A DNA stretch of 64,000 bases. Source: Candidatus Babeliales bacterium (GTDB lineage: Bacteria; Babelota; Babeliae; Babelales; JANWKD01). The stretch spans positions 576,001 to 640,000 of the forward strand of contig CAVRJM010000001.1 of assembly GCA_963722075.1 (NCBI GenBank), in the 5' to 3' direction. The notes beneath the pieces are model-generated. The model was not told the DNA's origin. It searched no databases and saw only the letters and a list, made by a program, of their open reading frames with translations. Position 1 is the stretch's first letter; every line of letters begins with the position of its first letter. The translations under genes were made by a program, and so were the position numbers. Positions 39,468-49,104 of the stretch are shown here, in pieces.

Positions 39468-41213
39468 TTATGTTTGTTGTTGTGCAAACATCTCTTTTAT
39501 TTCATCTGGCGATGTCGATTGTTCTGGCGTTTTATCAAGGCGATATTCTATAAAACGAGGAAATCGTAAAGCAAATCCTAAATGCTGTTCCGTTTTACCC
39601 GCAGTATGCAACGGTGAAATAGTAATTTCATCAGCTAAAATGGTACATACAATAGTGGGATAAACCCATACATCGGGAAAGAGTTCTTTAGGACATTCAA
39701 TATTAATTGGTTTTTCTTCAACTTTTAAAGAATCTGCTTTATTTTTTAAGGCAACCCATTCTTCATCAGTAAGCCCCGTACCTATTTTTGCAATGGTTTG
39801 AAAATGATCTTTTCGTTTGTTATAAATTCCCACTAAGAAAGCTCCAATTCCAAAAGCTGCTCGTTTACCTGACCCATAATAATACCCCAATACAACACAA
39901 TCGATGGTATCCTCTAGATGGCCTTGCGTAATTCTTTTTAACTTAATCCAATTAAAATTTCGTTTGCCTGGTTGATACGTAGAATTTATTTTCTTTACCA
40001 TCACCCCTTCTAATCCCGCATCAATATTCTTTAAAAAATAGGATTCCAGATCTTGCACAGAGTTGATAGGAATTTCAGGGATAATTTGAATTTTAAGCCC
40101 GACATAGGATTGAATAAGATCAACAAGAGCTTCTCTTCGTTGATGGTGCGTACGATCCATTAAATCCTGCCCATTTAGGTAGAGAATATCAAAAAGAAAT
40201 ACCTGTAATGGATACTCACTGGCTGCTTCCTCGATACCATGTTTTCTTTTACGTTTCACCGTTTCTTGAAAGGGAACAAAAACACCGGTATTAGGATCAT
40301 ATGCAATTGCTTCACCTTCACAAATAAGCTCTTTGACATCAAGTTTCATAAATTCTTGTGCGACATCAGGAAACATATGAGTCATATCTAGTAAATTACG
40401 TGAAAACAATTTAATGAATGGTTTTTTTGGATCAGTTTTATCAAGGTGAATTTGCAACCGAAAACCATCTAATTTAGGCTGTGCAACACTGTGCCCCAGT
40501 TTTTCAAAAACAGCCTGTGGATCAGGTAAGCGTTCAGCTGCAGCCATGCGAATTGGAATACCAATTTGACTGTGCATATGCTGCAAGGAGTTGATCCCCT
40601 TTTCCTTTATGGTATGAGCAATATAGCCAATATCGGCGCAAATGTTATAGGCATTTTCAATTTCTTTATGTAAACTTTTATCCCCTTTTTCCATCCATGA
40701 TAAGGCATCCACAAGGGTCATATCTGAAAAACCAAGCCGTAATTTCCCCAAAATGATACGTATAACATATTTTGCTGATAGAGAATCTAATTCTTGGAGC
40801 AACTGCAATACATGGCTATATTTTTCTTCTTGAGAACCGGTTCCACCAATAGCTTCCAATTCGAGTAATTTTTGATTAACTTGCAGTAATGTTACCTCTT
40901 TATCAGTATGCCATCCGCCATAAGCATCGATAACAAGCCCTAAATCACCCAATTCTTTCGTTCTTTTTGCCACTGTATCAACGGGTAAATTTAATAATCC
41001 GGCCACTACTTTTATAAGACTTTTTTCTGCCATATTAAATTGTGTACCGCCCTGGTAAGACGGGCGTAGCATTCCTAAGGAGAAATTACAAATGCAGGCA
41101 GCTTCATGCGCTGAAGCCTTGCTCAATAATTCAGCTAATAGCTTAGTAATCTCAGTTCTTGAAGAAACGATACTAATTTGTTCAAACACGTGTGCTACTG
41201 TTTTAAAAAACAT
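39468..41213 (-). CDS. lig: ATP-dependent DNA ligase (three-domain, archaeal/LigI-like)
   Basis: PKLDGFR (motif I), EGEAI, FDILY, EGVMVK, WIKLK, LRFPRF; N-terminal DNA-binding domain; start at MFFKTV. Confidence 0.92.
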   Translation of the reverse strand: MFFKTVAHVFEQISIVSSRTEITKLLAELLSKASAHEAACICNFSLGMLRPSYQGGTQFNMAEKSLIKVVAGLLNLPVDTVAKRTKELGDLGLVIDAYGGWHTDKEVTLLQVNQKLLELEAIGGTGSQEEKYSHVLQLLQELDSLSAKYVIRIILGKLRLGFSDMTLVDALSWMEKGDKSLHKEIENAYNICADIGYIAHTIKEKGINSLQHMHSQIGIPIRMAAAERLPDPQAVFEKLGHSVAQPKLDGFRLQIHLDKTDPKKPFIKLFSRNLLDMTHMFPDVAQEFMKLDVKELICEGEAIAYDPNTGVFVPFQETVKRKRKHGIEEAASEYPLQVFLFDILYLNGQDLMDRTHHQRREALVDLIQSYVGLKIQIIPEIPINSVQDLESYFLKNIDAGLEGVMVKKINSTYQPGKRNFNWIKLKRITQGHLEDTIDCVVLGYYYGSGKRAAFGIGAFLVGIYNKRKDHFQTIAKIGTGLTDEEWVALKNKADSLKVEEKPINIECPKELFPDVWVYPTIVCTILADEITISPLHTAGKTEQHLGFALRFPRFIEYRLDKTPEQSTSPDEIKEMFAQQQT

Positions 41214-41304
41214 CTTTTCTCCCAATTTAATTTGATCGTACGATATATTGTTATTAAAGCAAAGACAAGTAACATACAGTATCATGAAAAGAATGATATA
41301 ACTA

Positions 41305-41889
41305 TTAAGACACTGCTTTATAGCCATTAATAAATGATCTAATATTTTTCTCATGACGCCATAACCCCCAACTACTGATAAAAAAAGAAAGCATAATCAT
41401 TGATGGATTAATGCCATTATAAAAAAGGGTAACAAATGGTAAACTTATAAGGCCCATCACCGATGCAAAACCTACGTTCTTAGTAAGGAGCACCGCACAA
41501 AGCCATATTAATAAAACACCATATAGAATTATGCCATTAAGCGCTAATAGTATACCAATAGCAGTTGCAATTCCCTTACCCCCTTTACCCTGTAAAAAAC
41601 AAGAAAATCCATTACCAATTAATAAGGCGATTGAAGAGCTGAGTAATACAAAATCAGGTAGCTGAAATTGAATCAAAAGCTGCAAGAAAATGTACGCTTT
41701 TATACAATCAAGAAAAAAAACAATAAAGAAATATTTAATACCTGCAACGCGCGCTACATTAGTAGCACCGATATTTCCTGAACCATGTTTGGTTATATCG
41801 TCAATACCCACATACCGCGCTAATAACCAACCAGAAGGAATCGCACCAATAAGATAAGCAATAATAGATACAATTAATAATAACATCAT
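41305..41889 (-). CDS. plsY: Glycerol-3-phosphate acyltransferase
   Basis: YLIGAIPSG, GSGNIGATNVAR, KGGKGIAT, RHEKNI. Confidence 0.93.
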   Translation of the reverse strand: MMLLLIVSIIAYLIGAIPSGWLLARYVGIDDITKHGSGNIGATNVARVAGIKYFFIVFFLDCIKAYIFLQLLIQFQLPDFVLLSSSIALLIGNGFSCFLQGKGGKGIATAIGILLALNGIILYGVLLIWLCAVLLTKNVGFASVMGLISLPFVTLFYNGINPSMIMLSFFISSWGLWRHEKNIRSFINGYKAVS

Positions 41890-41893
41890 TTCA

Positions 41894-42478
41894 TTATCTA
41901 CAAGCAGCAACCAGATTATGAGCACAATCTAATTTAATAATTTCTTTATTTAATTTTAGTATATTTTGCTCTGTTCCAATAATAAAGACCTGACTATCAT
42001 TTTTTAATAACATTTTTGTTCCATTTTTATGATTATATAATACAAACTTATTTTCATATGCATTTATAATAAAAATTGATTCTAATATTTCTTTAAAAAA
42101 CATATTCAACCATCTGTTTTCCGGATGCTCAAGTTTAAAAGTTATCAGCGCTGAAGGCTTCTCTATATCAAATAAACAAAAAATAATCATAATAGTTACA
42201 ACTAAATCTGGTTTACCACGAAGATAAAATGCATTTTTATTAGGACAATATGAACCAATTACCGAAAGACCAGTAACAAATTGGTTAAACGAATCAATTA
42301 AATCAGATTGATAACGTAAATAATAATATCCTTCTATTTCCTGACTACCATCAATTTCAGTCAATGATACTGATTGATTATAAACAGTAAAGAATTGGTC
42401 TGGGGTAAGAGTAGCGCTTTCAGCGTTAATTGAGAAATTAAATAAAAGAAATAATAGAAAAGAATAAGTCTTTAACAT
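41894..42478 (-). CDS. Hypothetical exported protein, possibly with degenerate secretin-N (NolW-like) repeats
   Basis: Signal peptide; NAFYLRGKPDLV...LFDIEKP and SQVFIIGTEQNI...IIKLD. Confidence 0.5.
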   Translation of the reverse strand: MLKTYSFLLFLLFNFSINAESATLTPDQFFTVYNQSVSLTEIDGSQEIEGYYYLRYQSDLIDSFNQFVTGLSVIGSYCPNKNAFYLRGKPDLVVTIMIIFCLFDIEKPSALITFKLEHPENRWLNMFFKEILESIFIINAYENKFVLYNHKNGTKMLLKNDSQVFIIGTEQNILKLNKEIIKLDCAHNLVAACR

Positions 42479-42657
42479 TAGTAACCCTTAAATATCAATT
42501 ATAGAATATACAAAATATAATATCATATATAAAGACTTAACTCAAATTTTAAAAACTTTTCTAATAGAGTTATTTTTTGATATTTATACCAACCTCTTAT
42601 TAACTTTTCTTAAAAAAAATTATATAACTTACGATAATAAAAGAGAAAGATTAATAA

Positions 42658-43560
42658 GTGAACATTACATTAAAAGTCTTTGTATTATGTTTTTTATGTT
42701 TAATAAACTCTTTAAGGGGAACTGGATCAATCGTTTACAATCTTAGAGTTACTGAAACCACCAAACGATCAATTTTTGAACAATTAAAAATAAAACCGAA
42801 TATTGCTATAGGAACTGCCTTTGATCAATTTAGAAAACGGGATTTTTTATCATTTCGAGAAAATTTAAGCGGCGCCATGTTTACTTATGTTTATATGCCC
42901 TGTTCATTTTATTTTAAAGTTGATTGGGCGTTGGGTAATAATGTGCAATGGACAAAACATTCTTCTCAATCTAAAACCCAACTTGATGATATTCTTTTTA
43001 GTTCGGGTTATGGATTTCAAGCAACTAAAAAAACAAACATGACCGTTTCTGCGCTTCTTGGCGTTCCAACTCATAAAGATCGCAGTTTAATGGAAGCACA
43101 ATTTGGTACAGGGCATCTTGGTTTAGGAGGGCAATTAGATGGCGCATATAAGTACGCCGAAAAACTATCACTTCGTTTTGCGGCACGTGGTATCCATTTT
43201 TTCAAGCGAACCACAAAGATACCTCTTGCTGATCTAGAGGAGCAATTTATTTTTGCATTAGGTAATTTAACCGATTTATTAATTAGTAATCATCTAAAAT
43301 ATAATAAACATAATGCTGAAATTGGCTATAATGCTTCATTTTTAACTAATGCCCATTTAACCCCCAACGAACCGGCAATTAGTAATCAAATTGATTACAT
43401 CCGTAGTGACTTCTATATTAGCTATGCCTATGGTTTTCTAATCCGCAATCATTTAAGCGGTTTCATCTTGGGCTTCTCTTATGGATTTGATCATCTGCCA
43501 AAAATGGTCGGGCTCAAACAGATTTTCACCGGATGGCTTTCCTGGGGAATAAATTTCTAA
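42658..43560 (+). CDS. Probable outer-membrane beta-barrel protein
   Basis: Signal peptide, alternating aromatic strands, C-terminal WLSWGINF beta-signal. Confidence 0.65.
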   Translation: MNITLKVFVLCFLCLINSLRGTGSIVYNLRVTETTKRSIFEQLKIKPNIAIGTAFDQFRKRDFLSFRENLSGAMFTYVYMPCSFYFKVDWALGNNVQWTKHSSQSKTQLDDILFSSGYGFQATKKTNMTVSALLGVPTHKDRSLMEAQFGTGHLGLGGQLDGAYKYAEKLSLRFAARGIHFFKRTTKIPLADLEEQFIFALGNLTDLLISNHLKYNKHNAEIGYNASFLTNAHLTPNEPAISNQIDYIRSDFYISYAYGFLIRNHLSGFILGFSYGFDHLPKMVGLKQIFTGWLSWGINF

Positions 43561-43576
43561 GAAAACCCATTCCCTC

Positions 43577-43823
43577 TTGTCATCCTGAGGAACGCGTCCG
43601 ACTTCGCCAAGGCTGGCTTCGCCGGATTTTGTGAGTAGCGTGTCTGTCCGGCGTAGTTGTTTACCTCCGCCATAGCTTTTTTAGCGGCGGCTGGATTAAA
43701 CGAAGAAGGAACGTCAGGATCCAGTTAAAAATAAAAATCAGAAAAAAATCACTTTAATTTATTAACACCAACGGAAAAAATAAATCACTGGATCCCTACG
43801 GCCTAAAGGCCTCAGGATGACAA
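43577..43823. repeat. Palindromic MITE/REP composite with 14-bp terminal inverted repeats
   Basis: TTGTCATCCTGAGG (43577-43590) / CCTCAGGATGACAA (43810-43823); inner GGATCCAGT / ACTGGATCC; nested GC-rich hairpins. Confidence 0.85.
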
Positions 43824-43883
43824 AGGCTCTTCTGATTATTCCCATAATATGGTACACATAGGTTAGATATTAATTAGATTAGT

Positions 43884-44453
43884 TTATATAGGATAAAATT
43901 TAATAAATGATCTATAATATAAATAGGCTGAATAGAGAGAAAGAAATAAAGAAATAACTAAAAATAGATTCTCAACAAATATACTTTTACTACCAATCAA
44001 CAACGATCCATCAATAATAACGAGCGTAATATAAATGGTTTGAGCTACTGTCTTTAATTTACCAAACCAGGAAACCGGAATATCAAATCCGCGCTCCAGC
44101 GCTAGCATTCTTAATCCCATTACAAAAAATTCTCTGCCAATAAAGACAATAGCTATATAAAAAAAAAGCTTTTGAGCTGCTACTAATGCAATCAAGGTAG
44201 AAAACAATAAAAATTTATCTGCTAGCGGATCAAGTGCTTTTCCTAATGCCGTTACTTGATCATATTTACGAGCAAGATACCCATCAAAAAAATCGGTCAA
44301 GCTGAGTAAAATAAAACACAGTGCCAACAACAAATTAATAAAGAGAGAATTAAAAGGAATTAAATATACAAGTAATATTGGTAAAAATAACGGAGAAAAA
44401 ATAAGTCGAATTAATGTTAATGCTGTTGGTGTATTTAAAGAAGATAATTGCAT
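43884..44453 (-). CDS. pgsA: CDP-diacylglycerol--glycerol-3-phosphate 3-phosphatidyltransferase
   Basis: LTLIR, TDFFDGYLARK...GKALDPLADK, RE, GKLKT. Confidence 0.92.
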   Translation of the reverse strand: MQLSSLNTPTALTLIRLIFSPLFLPILLVYLIPFNSLFINLLLALCFILLSLTDFFDGYLARKYDQVTALGKALDPLADKFLLFSTLIALVAAQKLFFYIAIVFIGREFFVMGLRMLALERGFDIPVSWFGKLKTVAQTIYITLVIIDGSLLIGSKSIFVENLFLVISLFLSLYSAYLYYRSFIKFYPI

Positions 44454-44458
44454 ATAGA

Positions 44459-44535
44459 TGGTGGCGACGCAGGGACTCGAACCCCGGACCTACGGATTAT
44501 GATTCCGCCGCTCTAACCAGCTGAGCTACGTCGCC
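44459..44535 (-). tRNA. tRNA-Met(CAT), probably elongator
   Basis: GGCGACG/CGTCGCC acceptor stem, loop ATCATAA, CCA; lacks initiator features (C1 mismatch, GGG/CCC anticodon stem). Confidence 0.9.
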
Positions 44536-44558
44536 ATTTACCTTTATAAATCGTTAAT

Positions 44559-46142
44559 TTAAATTTTTATTGTTTGCATACCTATAGTATAAAGGAAAAA
44601 GTTAAAAATGGAACGCAAAAAGAACAATCCAGTGATTAAAGTTGCAATAATACCGACCATCAAGGTTAATGCAAAGCCTTGAATCGGTCCTGATCCAAAT
44701 TTGTATAAAACTATACCAACAATAAACGTAGTTATATTTGAATCTAGAATAACTTCCATAGCATCAGAAAAACCACTTTGTACTGCTTTTTTAGTAGGAG
44801 TTCCTGCAGCAAGTTCTTCTTTAATGCGCTCATAAATTAAAATTGACGCATCAATTGCCATCCCTATAGTAAGCACCATACCCGCAATACCCGGCAATGT
44901 TAAGGTTGCTTTAAGCCATCCAAGAACCAATAAAATAAGCAGTAGGTTAAAGAGCAAAGCCATCACGGCAAAAATACCAGCAACTTTATAAAACAAAACA
45001 CTAAATACAGAGAGTAGTAACAAGCCAACAGCGCATGCAATAAGCCCTTGCCTAATTGATTCTTGCCCAAGAGAAGGCCCAATACGGCGTTCTTCTTCAA
45101 AGGTAACGGGTGCTACAAAGGCACCAGATTTTAATAATAGTGCTAATTCAGTAGCACTTTCAGGAGTAAAATTACCATGAATATACCCACTTGCACCAAT
45201 GGGAGTTGATACACGCGGTGCAGATACCACAACGCCATCAACTATCATAGCTATATTGCGATTAAAATTTTTACGGGTTAATTCATAAAATTTTTCACCG
45301 CCCTCAGGGTTAAATACGAAATTTACGACCACTTCAGTTTGCAACTGCCCACCAAAGCCGGTATATGCATCTTTTAATAAGCGCCCCGTTAAATCGGTAT
45401 GCGATGGCACTAAATAGTAATGCTTACCACGGCCTTCATCGCCGCTCATTCCCGGCACAATAATCATACCTTCAGGAAGTTCGCCATCATAGGCATCAAG
45501 AATTTCTTCAGGGCTGCTTCCTTCACGCTCAACTAATTTCACTTCTAATAATGCTGGTTTGCCAATCATTTCTTTTGCTTTTTGCGGGTCATCTATATCA
45601 GGAAGTTCAACAATAATATTTTTTTCGCCTTGTGCCGAAATAGGAATTTCGCCAACACCTAAGCTATCTAAACGTGTTCTTAATACTTCAATATTGCCCT
45701 TAACAGCATTATCAGCTATTCGCTTAGCAATTGCTTCCTTAAAGCTTACCTTTACCGTATCGCCTTCCACTTCTGCATTTAATTCAGATTCTTGTCGTTT
45801 AATAACGCTTTGTACTGCCTGCGCTTCAGATGGATTTGCAAATTTAAGGCGTGCTTCGTTTTTCTCTATTACTTGTGATATAGGAGCAAAATTGAGTTCT
45901 TTTTCAAATTTCTTTGCTAACGATGAAACTTTATCAGTTAAATCAGTTTCGATTGCTTTATCAGTTTGCACACCTAAGGTAATGTAGGTTCCGCCTACTA
46001 AATCGATGCCAAATTTTACCCGATCCTGGCGTAACTTTAATTTTCCATTCTCAAAGGTAAATAGGTAAAAAAGAATAGCGACTGCGCCAACCGTCCATAC
46101 CACAAAACTGGAGCGTGCTAATGATTTAATTGATAAATCCAT
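44559..46142 (-). CDS. secD: Protein translocase subunit SecD
   Basis: GIDLVGG, LGVGE, IIVELP, IGPSLG, LTLPGIAG, DASILIYERIKEE, DSNITT. Confidence 0.95.
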   Translation of the reverse strand: MDLSIKSLARSSFVVWTVGAVAILFYLFTFENGKLKLRQDRVKFGIDLVGGTYITLGVQTDKAIETDLTDKVSSLAKKFEKELNFAPISQVIEKNEARLKFANPSEAQAVQSVIKRQESELNAEVEGDTVKVSFKEAIAKRIADNAVKGNIEVLRTRLDSLGVGEIPISAQGEKNIIVELPDIDDPQKAKEMIGKPALLEVKLVEREGSSPEEILDAYDGELPEGMIIVPGMSGDEGRGKHYYLVPSHTDLTGRLLKDAYTGFGGQLQTEVVVNFVFNPEGGEKFYELTRKNFNRNIAMIVDGVVVSAPRVSTPIGASGYIHGNFTPESATELALLLKSGAFVAPVTFEEERRIGPSLGQESIRQGLIACAVGLLLLSVFSVLFYKVAGIFAVMALLFNLLLILLVLGWLKATLTLPGIAGMVLTIGMAIDASILIYERIKEELAAGTPTKKAVQSGFSDAMEVILDSNITTFIVGIVLYKFGSGPIQGFALTLMVGIIATLITGLFFLRSIFNFFLYTIGMQTIKI

Positions 46143-46240
46143 AATTTGTTTTCCTTTAATATGTATATTTATTCAATCCTACTCTGTAAATTTTTATTAT
46201 TTTCTTATCCAGCCTTATTGATAATATAATAAACTGGCCA

Positions 46241-46268
46241 GCCAGTCATTTCTCTTAGAAATGCCTGG
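46241..46268 (-). repeat. tRNA-3' hairpin, copy 3 (after tRNA-Leu)
   Basis: GCCAGTCATTTC-TCTT-AGAAATGCCTGG differs from copies 1/2 only in the loop; its TGG is the tRNA-Leu CCA. Confidence 0.85.
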
Positions 46269-46352
46269 TGCGGAAGAGGGGACTCGAACCCCTACAGGAT
46301 TTCTCCCACAGCCCCCTCAAAGCTGCGTGTCTGCCAATTTCACCACTTCCGC
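46266..46352 (-). tRNA. tRNA-Leu(GAG)
   Basis: GCGGAAG/CTTCCGC acceptor stem, loop TTGAGGG, long variable arm, CCA. Confidence 0.96.
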
Positions 46353-46376
46353 TTGAAAATGGTTTATTTTGTTCAA

Positions 46377-46405
46377 AATGTATCAGATTTAATGGGCTTT
46401 ATCAA
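46377..46405 (-). promoter_or_regulatory. Sigma70-type promoter of tRNA-Leu (and possibly secD)
   Basis: Minus strand TTGATA-17 bp-TACATT with extended -10 TG. Confidence 0.6.
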
Positions 46406-46411
46406 ATTTAG

Positions 46412-46455
46412 TTCATAAAAAAGGGCCTTCAGAATTGAAAGCCCTTTTTTATGAA
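46412..46455. terminator. Bidirectional Rho-independent terminator
   Basis: TTCATAAAAAAGGGC...GCCCTTTTTTATGAA. Confidence 0.75.
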
Positions 46456-46461
46456 TAGCTA

Positions 46462-47001
46462 TTATGAATTGCCTAATTTATAACCACCCGAAGTCCTAGA
46501 AGAGCTTGAACTGGAAGCCATAAGAGATTTTATCCATCCTTTTATAAAATTATTATACATATTATGCATTAAACGGAGACCTACGTAACTACCCACCGCT
46601 ATTTTATCCAAACTTAACGTACGATCCATATAGGTACTGTAGGCTAAGTAACTGGTTGCAAATGAAGTCTTTCCTACCGTCGCTCTTAATATATGCATAA
46701 ATTTAATAAATGGATTTTGAGAATAACACATATAAGGTTCTGCAGTATTATGAATCTCATGGTATGTACTTAGCATACTTAACGCCCATCCTGCTGATAA
46801 TATAATTCCCATATCCTTATTTAGGGATAATAAATTATTATTTTTATGATAGATATTATAAGCGCCTATTAATCCTAAACTAGTCAATGTATTTGAGGTA
46901 AATTGACGATCGAAACATTTTAAATTTTCACCTAAACTCATTGAATAATTAGTAAATACTTTTCCTAAGCACAATAGTGTTAATATCATTTTATATTTCA
47001 T
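46462..47001 (-). CDS. Hypothetical exported/membrane protein
   Basis: 179-aa ORF with signal peptide and hydrophobic segments. Confidence 0.65.
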   Translation of the reverse strand: MKYKMILTLLCLGKVFTNYSMSLGENLKCFDRQFTSNTLTSLGLIGAYNIYHKNNNLLSLNKDMGIILSAGWALSMLSTYHEIHNTAEPYMCYSQNPFIKFMHILRATVGKTSFATSYLAYSTYMDRTLSLDKIAVGSYVGLRLMHNMYNNFIKGWIKSLMASSSSSSRTSGGYKLGNS

Positions 47002-47527
47002 AATATCCTTTAATATTTTTAATTTTCTTCTTCTTCAGAGCCTTCATCAGAATCTGTTCAGTTTCTCCTTCTTGACAATATTGAGATCTGTAGTTTTTTG
47101 ATAATTCGTATAAAATACCCCCGCCCACTAACATTGATCCTAACGGATTATCTTTTATGGTATTTCGATGAAATAATAATGTATGAGCGGCTATAATACT
47201 AAGAAAAGAATTTTCATAAATAGTTTTCGCTATAAAATTATTAGTTATAAAATTTTTTGGACCCTTTATAGAAAATATATTTGTTATAAAGGAGCTCAAC
47301 ATACAGCTGCCCCATATGGCTGTCCAAAACGTATTTTCTCTAATTGCTTCTCTATCACATATTAAATAATAAAGTCCAATTGCACTTGGTATTGGATTCC
47401 CTACAATAGTTCCCGTAATACCATTCATAATGGCGCTTGGTACTTTCTTTAGATCTTTAAATGACATCCCCGATGCATGAGTTCCCATCAAAGCAGTAAG
47501 TAATAATAAATTACGTAGTAAATTCAT
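46991..47527 (-). CDS. Hypothetical exported/membrane protein
   Basis: 178-aa ORF with signal peptide and hydrophobic segments. Confidence 0.65.
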   Translation of the reverse strand: MNLLRNLLLLTALMGTHASGMSFKDLKKVPSAIMNGITGTIVGNPIPSAIGLYYLICDREAIRENTFWTAIWGSCMLSSFITNIFSIKGPKNFITNNFIAKTIYENSFLSIIAAHTLLFHRNTIKDNPLGSMLVGGGILYELSKNYRSQYCQEGETEQILMKALKKKKIKNIKGYYEI

Positions 47528-47547
47528 CTTTTTCCTAATTTTTATCT

Positions 47548-49080
47548 TTATTTCTTTTTAACTTCTTGAGCTTCTAATTCTTTTTTAGTCTTTTCTTGTT
47601 GTACTTTTTCCTGTTCGGCTTCAGTTGGCGTTAACTTTTTAGGCTCAACCTTTTTAGTTACAAAAAAGCTCATTACATAATCCCAGGTGCTCGTAATAAT
47701 AGAAAGCGGATAGGTCCAAATCATGCTTACATAATCATACCATCCGCTGGTTTTAACGGCAGCCGCAGCTTTTTTTGCTGCCGCTTCTTTCTTTTCAGCT
47801 TCAGTTTCTGCTTTAATTCCCATTTGTTCTTGCCGCCTTTTTTTGCGTGCCAATTTTTCTGCTTTTTTAATTTTCTTTACTTCTGCAAGCAGATTAATAC
47901 CTTTTGCATCCAAATCTTTAATTGATGCTTCAACTTTATCCATGCTTTGACGCAAATTATTGATAATGCTATTAAAGTAGGTTGATAAATCTCCTTTTAA
48001 ATAGCGTAAAATTTCTTGCATATTTTTTAGCAATGATTCAGTCTGCAGATATAATTCTTCAGCTTTTTCATCACTGAGCACTTTCTTAATTGTTTGAAAA
48101 TTTTTCCAGGCACGTGTTTGATAACTATTACTAGTATCGATCTCTTTTTCTAGCTGCATTATCGTATCATCTAATGAAGCATCTAAATCAGTAATTGATC
48201 GGACCGTAGTACGCAGGTTTTTTAACTCAGTTATTTTAGTTTCAATAGCCGCTAAAACTTGTCGTTCCTCTTCAGTTAGGTCGCCTTCTTCCTTGCGCTG
48301 TCCTTTAAGATCCTGTACTAAGGTAGTTAAGAGCTTATTTAAATCACCCAGCTCAAATCCGATTTTATTTGAGAAAAGATCAAAAGTGCGATCAATTTTA
48401 TTTCGTTTAACTAAGTAATCGATACGGCTTTCTAAAATTTTAGTAAAGACATCTTTTATCTTTTCAATAACATCCATTGTTTTTTCAAGTGCTTGACGCT
48501 TTAAAAGCCAATTACCACCCTCTTGCTCGTAGGTATCGATTCCTTCTTCTTCAAACGTAGGTGCCGGTTTTGCAAGCACTTTTGCAACTTCTTGCTTTGC
48601 CGCTTTTTCCTGCTCTTGTGCAGTAGGTTCTTTTTCAACGGGAGCCGCTGGTATTTCGGCTTTTTTCGTTTCTTCTTTATGAACTATAGGATGTTCTGGC
48701 GTAGTAGGTTTAGGTGTAGGGGTAAGGGGTTTTGTAGGAGTAATAAGATGCTCAATCGTTTTTGCTTCAATTGCATGCGTCGGCGTTTCCATATGAGTAA
48801 CCGCTGCTTTTGCTGGAGTTACCGCAGAAGCCTCTCCATGTTCTGGCGCTGCTGCTTCGCTCACTGGATGGGTTGCAGGTGCCATTGCCGAAGGGGTAGT
48901 TACACTTTCCCTTTCCCCCATAGGATGTGTTGGCGTAGTAATAGTAGCTAATGGCGCAACAACTGATGGTTTAGCAGCCTCAGTTGTTAGTTGCGCCTGT
49001 GCACATTGAACAGTTCCTAAATGAATACCAATATTAATTAATAAACAATATACTAAACACCAAAATACCGTTTGTTTCAT
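47548..49080 (-). CDS. Exported protein with Pro/Thr/Ala-rich linker and long coiled coil
   Basis: 510-aa ORF; low-complexity region aa ~30-175, helical core. Confidence 0.7.
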   Translation of the reverse strand: MKQTVFWCLVYCLLINIGIHLGTVQCAQAQLTTEAAKPSVVAPLATITTPTHPMGERESVTTPSAMAPATHPVSEAAAPEHGEASAVTPAKAAVTHMETPTHAIEAKTIEHLITPTKPLTPTPKPTTPEHPIVHKEETKKAEIPAAPVEKEPTAQEQEKAAKQEVAKVLAKPAPTFEEEGIDTYEQEGGNWLLKRQALEKTMDVIEKIKDVFTKILESRIDYLVKRNKIDRTFDLFSNKIGFELGDLNKLLTTLVQDLKGQRKEEGDLTEEERQVLAAIETKITELKNLRTTVRSITDLDASLDDTIMQLEKEIDTSNSYQTRAWKNFQTIKKVLSDEKAEELYLQTESLLKNMQEILRYLKGDLSTYFNSIINNLRQSMDKVEASIKDLDAKGINLLAEVKKIKKAEKLARKKRRQEQMGIKAETEAEKKEAAAKKAAAAVKTSGWYDYVSMIWTYPLSIITSTWDYVMSFFVTKKVEPKKLTPTEAEQEKVQQEKTKKELEAQEVKKK

Positions 49081-49104
49081 AAACTACCTTTATCATTCTT
49101 AAGA

